Positions 36,764 to 46,900 of a stretch of DNA of 64,000 nucleotides are shown here, piece after piece; position 1 is the first letter of the stretch, and the number at the start of each line of letters is the position of its first letter. Below the pieces are notes generated by a model. It did no database searches. It had not been told where the DNA came from and worked only from the letters and a program-made list of their open reading frames with translations. The position numbers and the translations under genes were made by a program. The stretch is taken from contig JAZOCB010000015.1 of assembly GCA_045596265.1 (NCBI GenBank), forward strand, positions 56,534-120,533, read 5' to 3'. The stretch comes from Christensenellaceae bacterium (GTDB lineage Bacteria; Bacillota; Clostridia; Christensenellales; Borkfalkiaceae).

Positions 36764-38539
36764 ATGACCAATAACAAAGCCGTTTTGAAATTTGTTGAAG
36801 ACAGCAAGGCCCTTTGCAAGCCCGACAGCGTGATCTGGATCACCGGGGAGGAGGCCCTTTACGAAAAGCTGAGAAAGGAAGCCTGTGAAACGGGCGAAAT
36901 GATCAAGCTTAACGAGGAGCTTTTACCCGGCTGCTACCTTCACCGCAGCGCCATCAACGACGTGGCAAGGGTTGAAGGCAGAACCTTTATCTGCTGCACC
37001 AACAAAGAGGACGCCGGCCCCATAAACAACTGGATGGCACCAAGTGAAGCTTACTCCAAGATCGGCAAGATCTTTGACGGCTGCATGAAGGGCAGGACCA
37101 TGTACGTTATACCTTATTCAATGGGCGCAGTCGGCTCCAAATTTTCAAAGATCGGCATTGAGATAACAGACTCCATTTACGTCGTTTTATCCATGAACAT
37201 CATGACCCGCGTCGGCAACGCCGTTTTAGAAGCTTTAGGCGACAGCCCCGATTTTGTACGCGGCCTCCACGCAAAGGCAGACCTTGACGAGGAGCAGAGG
37301 TATATCGCACACTTCCCCGAAGACAACACCATCTGGTCGGTTAACTCGGGCTACGGCGGAAACGTTCTTCTCGGCAAAAAGTGCTTCGCTTTGAGAATTG
37401 CATCCTACCTTGGCAAAAACGAGGGCTGGATGGCAGAGCATATGCTTATCTTAGGCGTTGAAAACCCCCAGGGCGAAATAAAATACGTTGCGGCAGCCTT
37501 CCCATCGGCCTGCGGCAAGACAAACCTTGCAATGCTTATCCCACCCGAACTTTACAGGGAAAAGGGCTATAAGGTTTGGTGCGTCGGCGACGACATCGCT
37601 TGGATAAGAGTTGGCGACGACGGCAGACTTTGGGCCATCAACCCGGAAAACGGCTTCTTTGGCGTTGCACCCGGCACCAATATGAAGTCCAACCCCAACG
37701 CCCTTCTTTCCACAAAGAAGAACTCCATCTTCACCAACGTAGTACACGACCTTGACACCAACACCGTCTGGTGGGAGGGTATGGACACCCCTGCACCCAC
37801 CAACGCAATCAACTGGCGCGGTGAAAAGTGGGATCCCGCTACCTACGTAAAGGCTGACAAGTCAACCTACGGCGCACACCCCAACTCAAGATTTACTGCC
37901 CCCACCGTAAACTGCCCCTGCCTTTCCGACCAGTTTGAAGCACCCAACGGCGTTCCCCTTTCGGCAATAATCTTTGGCGGCAGGCGCGCTAAGACCGCAC
38001 CCCTCGTATACGAAGCAAGGGATTGGAACAGCGGCGTTTTCGTAGGGTCTGCAATGGCAAGTGAAACCACCGCAGCCGCAACCGGCGCAGTTGGCGTTGT
38101 AAGGCGTGACCCCATGGCAATGAGACCCTTCGTAGGCTACAACATGGCAGACTATTTCGCACATTGGATCGAAATGGGCGACAAGATAGCAAACAAGCCC
38201 AAGATCTTTAACGTAAACTGGTTCAGAACGGACGACGACGGCCACTTCATCTGGCCGGGCTTTGGCGATAACCTTCGCGTTCTTCTCTGGATCCTTGACC
38301 GTTGCGAAAACAAGGTTGACGCAAGAGAAGTCCCAATCGGCTACGTCCCCTACGCAAAGGATATCAATATTGAAGGCCTTTTCATCACCGAGGAAACCGT
38401 TGAAGAGCTTTTAACCGTTGACCGTGAAACCTGGATCGAGGAAGCTAAGGGAATTGAAGAATTCTACGCCCAATTTGGCGACAGACTCCCTAAAGAGCTT
38501 GAAGAAAAGCTTGCCGATCTTAAGAAAAGACTTGGCTAA
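36764..38539 (+). CDS. pck: Phosphoenolpyruvate carboxykinase (GTP)
   Basis: GTP-PEPCK signatures: FPSACGKTN kinase-1a motif, VGDDIAW, NWFR..DDG.F.WPGFG.N.RVL.W. Confidence 0.93.
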   Translation: MTNNKAVLKFVEDSKALCKPDSVIWITGEEALYEKLRKEACETGEMIKLNEELLPGCYLHRSAINDVARVEGRTFICCTNKEDAGPINNWMAPSEAYSKIGKIFDGCMKGRTMYVIPYSMGAVGSKFSKIGIEITDSIYVVLSMNIMTRVGNAVLEALGDSPDFVRGLHAKADLDEEQRYIAHFPEDNTIWSVNSGYGGNVLLGKKCFALRIASYLGKNEGWMAEHMLILGVENPQGEIKYVAAAFPSACGKTNLAMLIPPELYREKGYKVWCVGDDIAWIRVGDDGRLWAINPENGFFGVAPGTNMKSNPNALLSTKKNSIFTNVVHDLDTNTVWWEGMDTPAPTNAINWRGEKWDPATYVKADKSTYGAHPNSRFTAPTVNCPCLSDQFEAPNGVPLSAIIFGGRRAKTAPLVYEARDWNSGVFVGSAMASETTAAATGAVGVVRRDPMAMRPFVGYNMADYFAHWIEMGDKIANKPKIFNVNWFRTDDDGHFIWPGFGDNLRVLLWILDRCENKVDAREVPIGYVPYAKDINIEGLFITEETVEELLTVDRETWIEEAKGIEEFYAQFGDRLPKELEEKLADLKKRLG

Positions 38540-38550
38540 ATATAATATTA

Positions 38551-38585
38551 CCCCTTGGCAACAGCCTGCCAAGGGGTGTTTTTTA
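38551..38585 (+). terminator. Rho-independent terminator after pck
   Basis: CCCCTTGGCA-ACAGCC-TGCCAAGGGG followed by TGTTTTTT. Confidence 0.85.
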
Positions 38586-38598
38586 CTTAAAAATATGC

Positions 38599-38625
38599 GA
38601 TAATCGGCTTATAGGCTTATTTTTT
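38599..38625 (-). repeat. Dispersed repeat family copy
   Basis: Reverse complement reads AAAAATAAGCCTATAAGCCGATTATC. Confidence 0.75.
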
Positions 38626-38664
38626 GATAAATTTATGGCTTAAGGCAAAAAAACGGCGGCAGGC

Positions 38665-38898
38665 TTAATCCCTGCCGTCGATCTTTTTTGAAAGGGCGTC
38701 GTGGCGCCGAAGCATTTCAATAAGGCTTTGCTTGGGCGAAAGGCCGCCACCTTCACGGGGTTTTTGCCCCTGCTTTTCATTAAAAGGGGCGTTAATCGGC
38801 TTATAGACGGGTTTTTGTTGATTTTTATCCCCTTCACGGGGCTTTAGAAAAACCCCCTCCACAAGCTTTGATATTAAGTTTAATATATTATCGTTCAT
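38665..38898 (-). CDS. Small hypothetical protein (77 aa)
   Basis: AGGTGG RBS 5 nt before the ATG. A minus-strand terminator (CGGCAGG-loop-CCTGCCG plus T7) overlaps the stop. It contains an in-frame copy of the dispersed repeat (KPVYKPIN). Confidence 0.45.
   Translation of the reverse strand: MNDNILNLISKLVEGVFLKPREGDKNQQKPVYKPINAPFNEKQGQKPREGGGLSPKQSLIEMLRRHDALSKKIDGRD
38791..38816 (-). repeat. Dispersed repeat family copy, inside the 77-aa ORF
   Basis: Reverse complement reads AAAAACCCGTCTATAAGCCGATTAAC. Confidence 0.7.
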
Positions 38899-39211
38899 AA
38901 AGCCACCTGCCCTAAAAAAAGCCGTAAAAAATCAAGGACTGCCGCCTGCCCCGCCAAAATGAGGCTGAAAGCCGTACGCCGCGGCAAATATCACCCGGAA
39001 TATTCAATAATTTACTCTTTTATAAAGAAAATTGCCGTAAAATTATTGATTATTTTATTATTTTAGTATATAATTAACAATACCGATTTAATTAAACCGT
39101 GCGATATGGCCTAAACTACCGGCCAGAAAACTCGCAAAAGGTTATGGTAAATTATATTACTGCCCCTCAAAAAAAATACCCTTGAGGCGGTTAACAGAAA
39201 AGGAGTAATAG

Positions 39212-40723
39212 ATGAAAAAGTTATTATGTTTGGTTTTAGCGGTTATTTCAATTTTTGCAATGACTGCCTGTGGCACCGGTTGGAAGTCTGAGGTTACCGA
39301 TTATTCCGGCGAAGTATCCTCTAACGGCGGCTTTGCAGTCGTTAAAGGCGACTGGGTTTACTACGTTAACGGCGTAGAGTTAAACACGGCTGAAAACGGC
39401 TTCGGCACACCCGTCAAGGGCGCCCTTGTAAGAACGAAATTAGCAGACCTTGGCAACGAAAACGCCGTAAGCCAGATCGTTGTACCAAAGCTTGTATATT
39501 CCGACGCAACTCAAGATAAAGGCTTTTATATCTTTGGCGACTACGTATATTACACCTCCCCCAGCAACGAAAAGAACAAGGCCGGTGAGGTTTTAAACAC
39601 CAACCTTGCTTTTATCAGAACCAAGCTTGACGGCACCGATACCAAAGTTATCCACACGGCTGACGCACTTAACGTTGCCTACAGATTTGTTGAAAGCGGC
39701 GAAAAGGTTTACCTTGTAACCAACGAAACCGTTGACGGCGACAACCTTTTAGTAAGCTACGACGCAGCAACCGGTAAGGAAGTTGCTAAATCATCCAAGA
39801 TAACAAGCTACCTCTTCCCCGAGGATTTAACTGCTGACTACTGCTACTACGTAGAAGTTGCCCACGACGAAGTTTTAGACGAGGACGAAGCCTTCCACAA
39901 CGTTAAAAAGTTCAACTTTGACGGCACGGGCGACGCACTTGTTTTAAGCGGCGATATGGGTACCCAGGGCGTAACCTTCAGTCTTATCAAGGACACGGGC
40001 GCAAACCTTTTCTTCTCAGAAACCTACGTTGATACTTCCGTAAGCAACATCACCCGTTACCTTGGCGTAAAGAAGGCTGACCTTGGTGAAGACGCTGCAC
40101 AAAACTACGCTAAAGCAGTTTTACTTAACAACAGCACCACCGACGCAAGCATTATATTTGATTCCAAGTCATACTTTGCAGACTTTGACTGCATCGTATA
40201 CCACGACGCAACCTACGGCTTTATCCGTTACAACTATACCGACGCAGCTAACCCCGAAACCTTCGGTCACCAGCAGCTTATCAGCGACAAAAAGGTCGTT
40301 GAAACAGTTTCTGCCCTCACCGTTGCTTTCTACGAAGGCGGCTACGTATATATGACCAACTCTGACAACTACTATTACAGGGTAGAGCTTGAAGCCCTTT
40401 TAAACGGCACCGCAACCGCAACACAGGTTACCTACGTTGCCCTTAAGACGACTTCTACCTGGCACAACCCCGAAATCGTAAACGGCTTTATGCTTGCCGC
40501 TGTCAGCGACGAACCCTTCTACGGCTACGTTTATGCAACCGCCCTTGTAACCGAAGAGCTTACCGAGGACGAAAAGGAAGCAAAATACGACCTTTACGAC
40601 TTTACCGTTGAAGAAAATATCGTAAGCTTTGTTAACACAAGAATCGGCGTTGTAACCGAAAACGACAAGACAGCTTACGAAACCTATATGGAAGAAACCT
40701 TTGAAGACGAGGACGAAGAATAA
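39212..40723 (+). CDS. Lipoprotein, probable beta-propeller (DUF5050-like), acidic C-terminus
   Basis: Signal peptide plus lipobox (AMTAC). Recurrent G-D-W/Y-V-Y-Y blades (KGDWVYYVNG, FGDYVYYTSP, GGYVYMTN). AGGAG RBS. Confidence 0.75.
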   Translation: MKKLLCLVLAVISIFAMTACGTGWKSEVTDYSGEVSSNGGFAVVKGDWVYYVNGVELNTAENGFGTPVKGALVRTKLADLGNENAVSQIVVPKLVYSDATQDKGFYIFGDYVYYTSPSNEKNKAGEVLNTNLAFIRTKLDGTDTKVIHTADALNVAYRFVESGEKVYLVTNETVDGDNLLVSYDAATGKEVAKSSKITSYLFPEDLTADYCYYVEVAHDEVLDEDEAFHNVKKFNFDGTGDALVLSGDMGTQGVTFSLIKDTGANLFFSETYVDTSVSNITRYLGVKKADLGEDAAQNYAKAVLLNNSTTDASIIFDSKSYFADFDCIVYHDATYGFIRYNYTDAANPETFGHQQLISDKKVVETVSALTVAFYEGGYVYMTNSDNYYYRVELEALLNGTATATQVTYVALKTTSTWHNPEIVNGFMLAAVSDEPFYGYVYATALVTEELTEDEKEAKYDLYDFTVEENIVSFVNTRIGVVTENDKTAYETYMEETFEDEDEE

Positions 40724-40762
40724 TCCCCTCTTTTAAATGAAATAAATCCAAACTGTATATAA

Positions 40763-40810
40763 AAAGAGAGAATATTTTGCCTGAAAGCAAAACGTTCTCT
40801 CTCTTTTTTA
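40763..40810 (+). terminator. Terminator after the lipoprotein gene
   Basis: AAAGAGAGAA...TTCTCTCTCTTTTTT with an inner TTTTGC-CTGAAA-GCAAAA hairpin. Confidence 0.7.
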
Positions 40811-40885
40811 TGTTTTTTTGTAAAATCAAGCCCGAACGGAATAAGGTCAGCTATACCGTCCCCTGCCGTTAAAAGCCGTTATTTT

Positions 40886-41407
40886 TTATAAAAACAGCAT
40901 TACCGTCCCGTAAAATAAATACCCCAAATGAATAGCGTTCCATAACCAATAAACCGATAAAGCAGTGATAATATTTCTCCACGATAATTTTTTTGCAAAA
41001 TAATTTTTGGTTGTAGAAGCAAAAATCACCAAGGGGTACTTCTTTTTTATCTGCGTGTAATAAAAAAAGTCCATATATATAATTGCGCCTATAAAAAACG
41101 CCGACCCGACAATAATAGCTGCAAGCAATAATTTTAAGTTAAAAAACATATTGCTTTGGTTGAAATAACAACAAAGATGGTTTAAAAACCCCGATACGAA
41201 AGACAGCATACAGCCCGTAAACAAAGTAAAGCCGTAAGCGTTTGACTCTTTGTTTATACGATCTTCTTCGGTAATAAACGGTTTTTTGGCCTCCTCCATA
41301 ACCTTGTCAAGGCGCTTTGGCACCAATTTAAGAAAGTGAACAAGAAGGGCAAAGCTTGTCGTGTAGCTAATACAACCCACCACGACGTAAATAATATTTG
41401 TTATCAT
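40886..41407 (-). CDS. Polytopic small membrane protein, tandem paralogue A
   Basis: Four or more hydrophobic helices. The start MITNIIYVV parallels MITNINIIC of the neighbour. Shared LVPKRLDK / MPKRLER loop. AT-rich. Confidence 0.65.
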   Translation of the reverse strand: MITNIIYVVVGCISYTTSFALLVHFLKLVPKRLDKVMEEAKKPFITEEDRINKESNAYGFTLFTGCMLSFVSGFLNHLCCYFNQSNMFFNLKLLLAAIIVGSAFFIGAIIYMDFFYYTQIKKKYPLVIFASTTKNYFAKKLSWRNIITALSVYWLWNAIHLGYLFYGTVMLFL

Positions 41408-41449
41408 AAAGCTCCTTTTTGTCTGAAAATCCAACGTTTAAAGTGATTG

Positions 41450-41965
41450 TTATTGTATCAACAAAAATATAAAATTGTATGTCAACATCAGGGTATGCAG
41501 CCCTAAAAATGCAGGTATCAATAAAAAAATCATTGATATCCTGTAAAAAACCTTATTATCCCTCCCGGGCTTTTGTCCGCCGAAGGTTATTTCATACTTA
41601 TTTATTAATTTTGCTTTATACTCCACTATAAAACATAAAAATAATGTTGTGAACACTATACCTGAACATATACTTGCGGTAATCAATCCTTCATACCCAA
41701 CAAAGGGCGTTTTGTTTATTATATAAAAAACCGCGGACACAACAAAGCAAGTAAATATAGTGATAAAAAGCCTGATAACGCGGTTGTTGTAAAGCCTTTT
41801 ATAAAGGGCTGAAAGTTCAACTTCATCAAGGTTTATTGACTGATATTTTAGCTCCCTTTCCAGCCTTTTGGGCATATCTATAAAAGTATAAATAACCGCA
41901 AAAATACTTACAATATAAGACACAGCCGCACCTAAATTACATATAATATTTATATTTGTTATCAT
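41450..41965 (-). CDS. Polytopic small membrane protein, tandem paralogue B
   Basis: Same architecture as 40886..41407. Confidence 0.65.
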   Translation of the reverse strand: MITNINIICNLGAAVSYIVSIFAVIYTFIDMPKRLERELKYQSINLDEVELSALYKRLYNNRVIRLFITIFTCFVVSAVFYIINKTPFVGYEGLITASICSGIVFTTLFLCFIVEYKAKLINKYEITFGGQKPGRDNKVFYRISMIFLLIPAFLGLHTLMLTYNFIFLLIQ

Positions 41966-42150
41966 ATACTTTTAATCGATATCCCCCATTTGTCCTGATA
42001 GGTCGGCACCCAACAAACCTTGATACTTGCCCCCTTTTGATAAAAAAGTGAAGAAAACGGGCAAGTGTGCTTGTATAAGCCGTTTATTAACTAAAAAGTT
42101 AAAAATTTATCCCCTTGGTGAAAAGTATCAAGGGGATTTTTTTGAAGGAA

Positions 42151-42969
42151 TTATTCTTCGTCAGTCTTTTGATTTTTTAAGCTGTTGCCTAAAAATACTG
42201 CGCCGCCAAAAGCAGGCTTTGCAGCCTTTTCACGGGGCTTTTGGTCGGAGGGCTGTCTTCTTCTCTGGTCCTTGAAGCCGTCCTTTTTTGACCTTTCCTT
42301 GCCGCCGCGGTTATCCCTTTTGCCGTACTTGTCGCCGCGCTTTGCGGGGACGTAGCCGTCAGGGATGATTGCGATATAACGGTTTGGCTCCTTACCCTCT
42401 GAAGCCGTCTTTATGCCTTCAAAGTCAACGAGGGTTGAGTGGATAATGCGTCTTTCGAAAGGATTCATTGGCTCTAAAACGACCTTTCTGCCCGTCTTTA
42501 CGGCCTTTGCCGCAAGCTTTAAGGCAAGACCCTTTAAGATGCCTTCTCTCTTTTCGCGATAGCCCTCGCAATCAATAACGAGGCGTTTATAAGTTTCCTT
42601 TCCGCTGTTATATACGGCACTTGCAAGGGCCTGGATGGAATCCAAAACCTCACCGCGGTAGCCTATAACCTGTGAGGAATCCGTCGTGATAAGATTGATG
42701 ACGACCTTTTCGTCGGAAATTAAGCTGACCTCTGTGGTGGCGGTAAGCTTCATTGCCGCAAACAAGCCTTCTAAAAAGTCAACGGTTAAATCAACGTCGG
42801 TTTTCTTTTTTGTGACAATTACCTTCGCGGGCTTTGCGCCTATACCGAAGATACCCCTTGTGGGCTCTTCCAAAACGACCCATTCTGCAGCTTCTTTAGT
42901 AATGCCAAGGGCCTTGACGCCTTCGTTTATGGCGTCTTCTACGGTTTTTGCCGTAAATTCGTTGTTCAT
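42151..42969 (-). CDS. khpB: RNA-binding protein Jag/KhpB (Jag_N, KH, R3H)
   Basis: KH and R3H motifs (LEPMNPFERRIIHSTL). Conserved position after yidC. Confidence 0.9.
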   Translation of the reverse strand: MNNEFTAKTVEDAINEGVKALGITKEAAEWVVLEEPTRGIFGIGAKPAKVIVTKKKTDVDLTVDFLEGLFAAMKLTATTEVSLISDEKVVINLITTDSSQVIGYRGEVLDSIQALASAVYNSGKETYKRLVIDCEGYREKREGILKGLALKLAAKAVKTGRKVVLEPMNPFERRIIHSTLVDFEGIKTASEGKEPNRYIAIIPDGYVPAKRGDKYGKRDNRGGKERSKKDGFKDQRRRQPSDQKPREKAAKPAFGGAVFLGNSLKNQKTDEE

Positions 42970-42992
42970 TAAGGTATATCTCCTACAATTAA

Positions 42993-44411
42993 TTATTTTT
43001 TATCAGTTTTTTTATAGCGTTTGTCGTTGGCTGCTTCTTCCTTTGCAAGCTTTTTATTAAAGCTTTTTTCAACGAAGTGGTTGATAACAAGTGTTGAGCC
43101 CGTTGATAAAAGTGAGCTTACTACCATGTAAATTGAAAACGAAGCCGTATATACAAATGCGAAGAAGCCAAACATAACGGGCATAAGCCAAGTCATCATC
43201 TTTGACGTCTGTGCGGCTTGTCCGTCTGCGGACTGAAGCTCTAACTGGGCCTTTTGGGTCTTGTTCATAATGATCTGTGAAAGGATCATTACGCCGATGG
43301 ATAAAACAACCAGGATAAGATAGCCGTTTGCCGAGGATTTTTCTTCGGAAAGGTTAAAGGTAAGCTCCTGATACTCTTCTTCGGTAATGCCGATTTCGGC
43401 TGGGATAGACTTACAGCCCTTTCTTATGGAGAAGCCATAGTCTTCAAAATTTTCTTTAACGGGGTGCTTCCATGGAAGATCCTCCGCCCAGATATTTTTA
43501 ACCCATAAAAATGAAGGGACGTTTTCCCTGTAGGCTGTGGCCGAAGCCTGTCTTGCAACCGAAAGGACCTTGGTGGTCTTTACGTCCTCGATAAGATGAT
43601 CGAAAACCTTTTGGGCAAGGAACTTATTTGGGTCGGTCTTATTTAAGTCGAAATTTTCAACGTTGATGGAATAGCTTCCCGCTTCGCTGTCAAAAAGTAT
43701 ATCCTCGCCTACCTTGACCGCCGTGTAGCCGCCGTCGTTAAGGGTCTTTACAAAGGCGCCGAACTTTTGTACGTCAACTACCTCGTAAATATATTCGTGG
43801 GCGTTTTCGCCGTCTACGGTGCGGGTAACGCCTTTTTCACTAAGCTCACCGTCGGGGATTGCCGTAAGGTGGTTGATGAAATATGATTTTTTGCCGGCTG
43901 CGTCCTCTACCTCGACGATGAGATCCTCACCGGTTGTGTCGTTGTAAGTTTCAATGGCCACGTTGTAGCTTGATACCATTTTTTCAACGAGGGTAAGGTT
44001 GGCGTAGCTTGAATAGTTTGAAAACTGATTGATTACGATAATAAATACTACCAGGGTAACCAAGGTGGGCAGACATGAGCTGAGCGCCGAATAGCCTTCC
44101 TTTTTGTAAAGGGCCTGGATCTTCTGGTTGTAGATCTGTGGGTTGTTCTGGTACTGGCGCTGAAGCCTTTCAAGCTGGGGGCGCATCCTTTCCATCTTCA
44201 TGTTGTTTTTCTTCATGGAAGCCCTTGAATATATATCAAGGGGAAGAGTTATTATCTTCAAAAATAGGGTGAAGACGATAATACCAAGACCCATACTGGG
44301 TAAAGATTCGATAAGCCATTTGATAAACTTACCGATAAAGTTTAATGCATAAATACTGCTTGCGTCCACCTGTGAAAACACGGTGACGGCTGAAGATAAA
44401 AGGTTAAACAT
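42993..44411 (-). CDS. yidC: YidC/Oxa1-family membrane insertase with a large inserted soluble domain
   Basis: Conserved YidC core (KIITLPL...MKMERMRPQLERLQRQY...ALYKKEGY...CLPTLV) and C-terminal TM helices. About 190 extra residues lie between them, and there is a basic C-tail. Confidence 0.88.
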   Translation of the reverse strand: MFNLLSSAVTVFSQVDASSIYALNFIGKFIKWLIESLPSMGLGIIVFTLFLKIITLPLDIYSRASMKKNNMKMERMRPQLERLQRQYQNNPQIYNQKIQALYKKEGYSALSSCLPTLVTLVVFIIVINQFSNYSSYANLTLVEKMVSSYNVAIETYNDTTGEDLIVEVEDAAGKKSYFINHLTAIPDGELSEKGVTRTVDGENAHEYIYEVVDVQKFGAFVKTLNDGGYTAVKVGEDILFDSEAGSYSINVENFDLNKTDPNKFLAQKVFDHLIEDVKTTKVLSVARQASATAYRENVPSFLWVKNIWAEDLPWKHPVKENFEDYGFSIRKGCKSIPAEIGITEEEYQELTFNLSEEKSSANGYLILVVLSIGVMILSQIIMNKTQKAQLELQSADGQAAQTSKMMTWLMPVMFGFFAFVYTASFSIYMVVSSLLSTGSTLVINHFVEKSFNKKLAKEEAANDKRYKKTDKK

Positions 44412-44657
44412 AAAAAATCCTTGTTAATTTTAATTGAAGATCCTTTTACAGATTTTTTTCACTTTTTGTGAAAAAGCTGTAAAATCTTTTGTTTAAGTCG
44501 CCTTTTTTGTTAGAAAGTAAGCTTTTTTACAGGGCTTGCAAATAAAAAAAACGACGGAAATAAGCCGTAAAGGTCACCCAGTACGCTTCCGCCGAAGGCA
44601 TAATACGCCCATAAAGAAAATTTATACCTAAAACCCCTTTTTTTTATAAGGGTAAAT

Positions 44658-44897
44658 TTATATAAGCCATTTCACGACGTTTTTACTGTCGGGAACGGGG
44701 TCAAAGCCGCCTTTTGACAGGGGATTGCACCTTAAAAGCCGTCTTATAATCAAAAAAATTGCCACAAAAAACGAACGCTTTTCCAACGCCTCAATGGCGT
44801 ATTCGCTGCAGGTAGGGGTAAAGACGCAGCTTGTGTAAAGTCCTTTGGAGATGTTTTTCTTGTAAAAACGTAACAATTTAATAAAAAACTTTTTCAC
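44658..44897 (-). CDS. yidD: Membrane protein insertion efficiency factor YidD
   Basis: C.F.PTCSEYAIEAL....F......I.RLLRCNP...GG.DPVP. Confidence 0.92.
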   Translation of the reverse strand: MKKFFIKLLRFYKKNISKGLYTSCVFTPTCSEYAIEALEKRSFFVAIFLIIRRLLRCNPLSKGGFDPVPDSKNVVKWLI

Positions 44898-44902
44898 GGT
44901 GA

Positions 44903-45226
44903 TTATAAGAGATTTTCTTTTTTTAATAAAAAACCGACGGATTTGTTTATCTCCGAAAAATCATAGCTTTCGTCCTTTCTTGGAACGAACACGATATATA
45001 CGCTTTTTGTGATCTTCGGAATAAGCGGGATGTAGCTTGCCCTTAAAAGCCTTTTTATTCTGTTTCTTAAAACAGCGTTTCCGTGTTTTTTACTTACAGA
45101 TATACCTATTTTAAGGTTGCCCGGCTTTGCCTCGCAATAATACATGGCAACCTTTTTGGTATAGGCCCTTTTACCCTTGTTGAAAACAAGGTCAAAGTCC
45201 TGCTGTCTTTTTAATCTGTTTTTCAA
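44903..45226 (-). CDS. rnpA: Ribonuclease P protein component
   Basis: LKRQQDFDLVFNKGK...GISVSKK.GNAV.RNRIKR.LR. It lies between rpmH and yidD. Confidence 0.92.
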   Translation of the reverse strand: MKNRLKRQQDFDLVFNKGKRAYTKKVAMYYCEAKPGNLKIGISVSKKHGNAVLRNRIKRLLRASYIPLIPKITKSVYIVFVPRKDESYDFSEINKSVGFLLKKENLL

Positions 45227-45235
45227 TTTTTGTTT

Positions 45236-45370
45236 TTACGCAGAAAGTTTATGACGACCTTTTGCTCTTCTTCTCTTTAAAACGTTTCTTCCGGTTTTAG
45301 AAGCCATTCTCTTTCTGAAGCCGTGTACTTTTGATCTCTGTCTTTTTTTGGGTTGGTAAGTTCTTTTCAT
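45236..45370 (-). CDS. rpmH: 50S ribosomal protein L34 (44 aa; below the ORF-track cutoff)
   Basis: Manual translation of the minus strand gives [44 protein letters not shown]. Confidence 0.97.
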   Translation of the reverse strand: MKRTYQPKKRQRSKVHGFRKRMASKTGRNVLKRRRAKGRHKLSA

Positions 45371-45437
45371 GATATTTCTCCATTTTCGCTTGAAGCGAAT
45401 GTTTTATTTCTTATTTTTTTAACAAAATAGCCTTAAT

Positions 45438-45466
45438 ATTGTATTTTATTTTACCGCTTTTGTCAA
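45438..45466 (-). promoter_or_regulatory. SigA-type promoter of rpmH-rnpA
   Basis: Minus strand: TTGACA, 17-nt spacer, TACAAT. Confidence 0.6.
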
Positions 45467-45531
45467 CTTTATTTATCTATTATTATAAATAATTTTAAGC
45501 CTTAAAGGGCTTTTTTGTAAACTTTCGCGCC

Positions 45532-46635
45532 TTAAGCGGTCATTCTGACGGGCAAAATCAAATAGAGGTATTCGTCGTCGGAGTAGGGCTTGATAACGCA
45601 CGGTGATATGGGCGAGTTAAGGTTGAAGTTGATAAACTCGTCGTTGATGCATCTTAAGCAATCGATAAGATAGCGGGAGTTAAACGCAATGGTAAGATCC
45701 TTACCCTCTAAATTGATGATAAGATTTTCCTTTACGTTGCCCATTTCGGAGTCTGACGATACGTCGACGTAGTTTTCGTGGATGTCAAACTTGACGATAT
45801 TCTTCATGACCTTTGCAACGATGGAGGCACGCTCTATTGAAGAATACAAAAGCTCTCTGTTTACCCTGAAGACCGTGATAAAGTCGTCGGGGATGATGCG
45901 CTTATAGTCAATGTATTCACCCTCTAAAAGCCTGGTTAAGAAGATCGTGTTGTCAACGCTTATCATAAGGGAGTTATCCTGTACGATAACGGTAACGTAG
46001 TCCTCGTCCTTTTCTAAAAGCCTTGTGATCTCAACAAGTGCCCTTGAGGGTACTATGGCCTTGAAGGTGCCCGTTGACTGACGGATGTTCTTTTTACAAA
46101 CAGCCAAGCGGAAGCCGTCAAGTGCAACGCAGGTAAGGGTGTCGGCGTTGACCTCTAATAAGCAGCCCTTTAAAATTGGACGGGAGTCGTCTTGTGAGCA
46201 GGCAAAGCTTGTCCTTTGAATAACGTCCTTAAAATACTTCTGATTGATGACGAAGGAGTTCTGGTTGATATCCTTCTTTATTATAGGATAGCCGCTTGCC
46301 GAAAGGGCCTGGATGTAACCCTCCGACGCGGAATAGGCAATTTTTAGCCTGCCGTCGTCGCCGACGAAAAGCTCTATATCCTCCTCACCCTCAAGCTTTT
46401 TAACAAAGTCGGCAAAAAGCCTGCCGGGTACGACAACGTCGCCTTCCTGATAGGTTTCGGCAACGATGGTCTTTTCGATGGCGATCTCCATATCGGTTGC
46501 GGTAAGGATAAGGCTGTCACCCTTAACGGACAGCTTGATACCTTCTAAAAGCTGGTTGGGCGATTTTTGACTTACGGCCTTGACGACCTTATTGACTGCG
46601 CTGGATAAATCAATGCCCTTGACGATTGTCTTCAT
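45532..46635 (-). CDS. dnaN: DNA polymerase III beta sliding clamp
   Basis: Full-length beta-clamp pattern (LEGIKL...L.LTATDMEIAIE...RLLEGEYIDYKRIIP). Confidence 0.95.
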   Translation of the reverse strand: MKTIVKGIDLSSAVNKVVKAVSQKSPNQLLEGIKLSVKGDSLILTATDMEIAIEKTIVAETYQEGDVVVPGRLFADFVKKLEGEEDIELFVGDDGRLKIAYSASEGYIQALSASGYPIIKKDINQNSFVINQKYFKDVIQRTSFACSQDDSRPILKGCLLEVNADTLTCVALDGFRLAVCKKNIRQSTGTFKAIVPSRALVEITRLLEKDEDYVTVIVQDNSLMISVDNTIFLTRLLEGEYIDYKRIIPDDFITVFRVNRELLYSSIERASIVAKVMKNIVKFDIHENYVDVSSDSEMGNVKENLIINLEGKDLTIAFNSRYLIDCLRCINDEFINFNLNSPISPCVIKPYSDDEYLYLILPVRMTA

Positions 46636-46900
46636 ACTTATTCTCCATTTTTTTTATTAATTAAGTAGTATTAGTAGTAGTGTCGTGTGGATATGTTGAT
46701 ATGATTTTCAATGACAAAAAACGTGTGGTTTCATATGGGATTTTACGACAAAAACCGTCCGTTTTTGCTGTGGATAGGCTGTTGAGAAAACTGTAGGTAA
46801 TTTGTGGATAGCCCTTTTTTTGGTGGATAACAATCTGACCCGCCCGATTTATACTACATTATTTATCTATTATATTATATATAAAAAGTACGCAAAAAGC
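46636..46900 (-). other. incC-like oriC module: DnaA boxes, GC step, DnaA-trios, AT tract, directly upstream of dnaN
   Basis: Read toward dnaN (minus strand), the module runs as follows. Boxes: TTATCCACC (46822-46830), CTATCCACA (46803-46811 and 46769-46777), ATATCCACA (46686-46694). Then CGACA. Then CTA CTA CTA ATA CTA CTT (46663-46680). Then AATTAATAAAAAAAA. A further AT-rich tract lies at 46858-46890. Confidence 0.7.
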
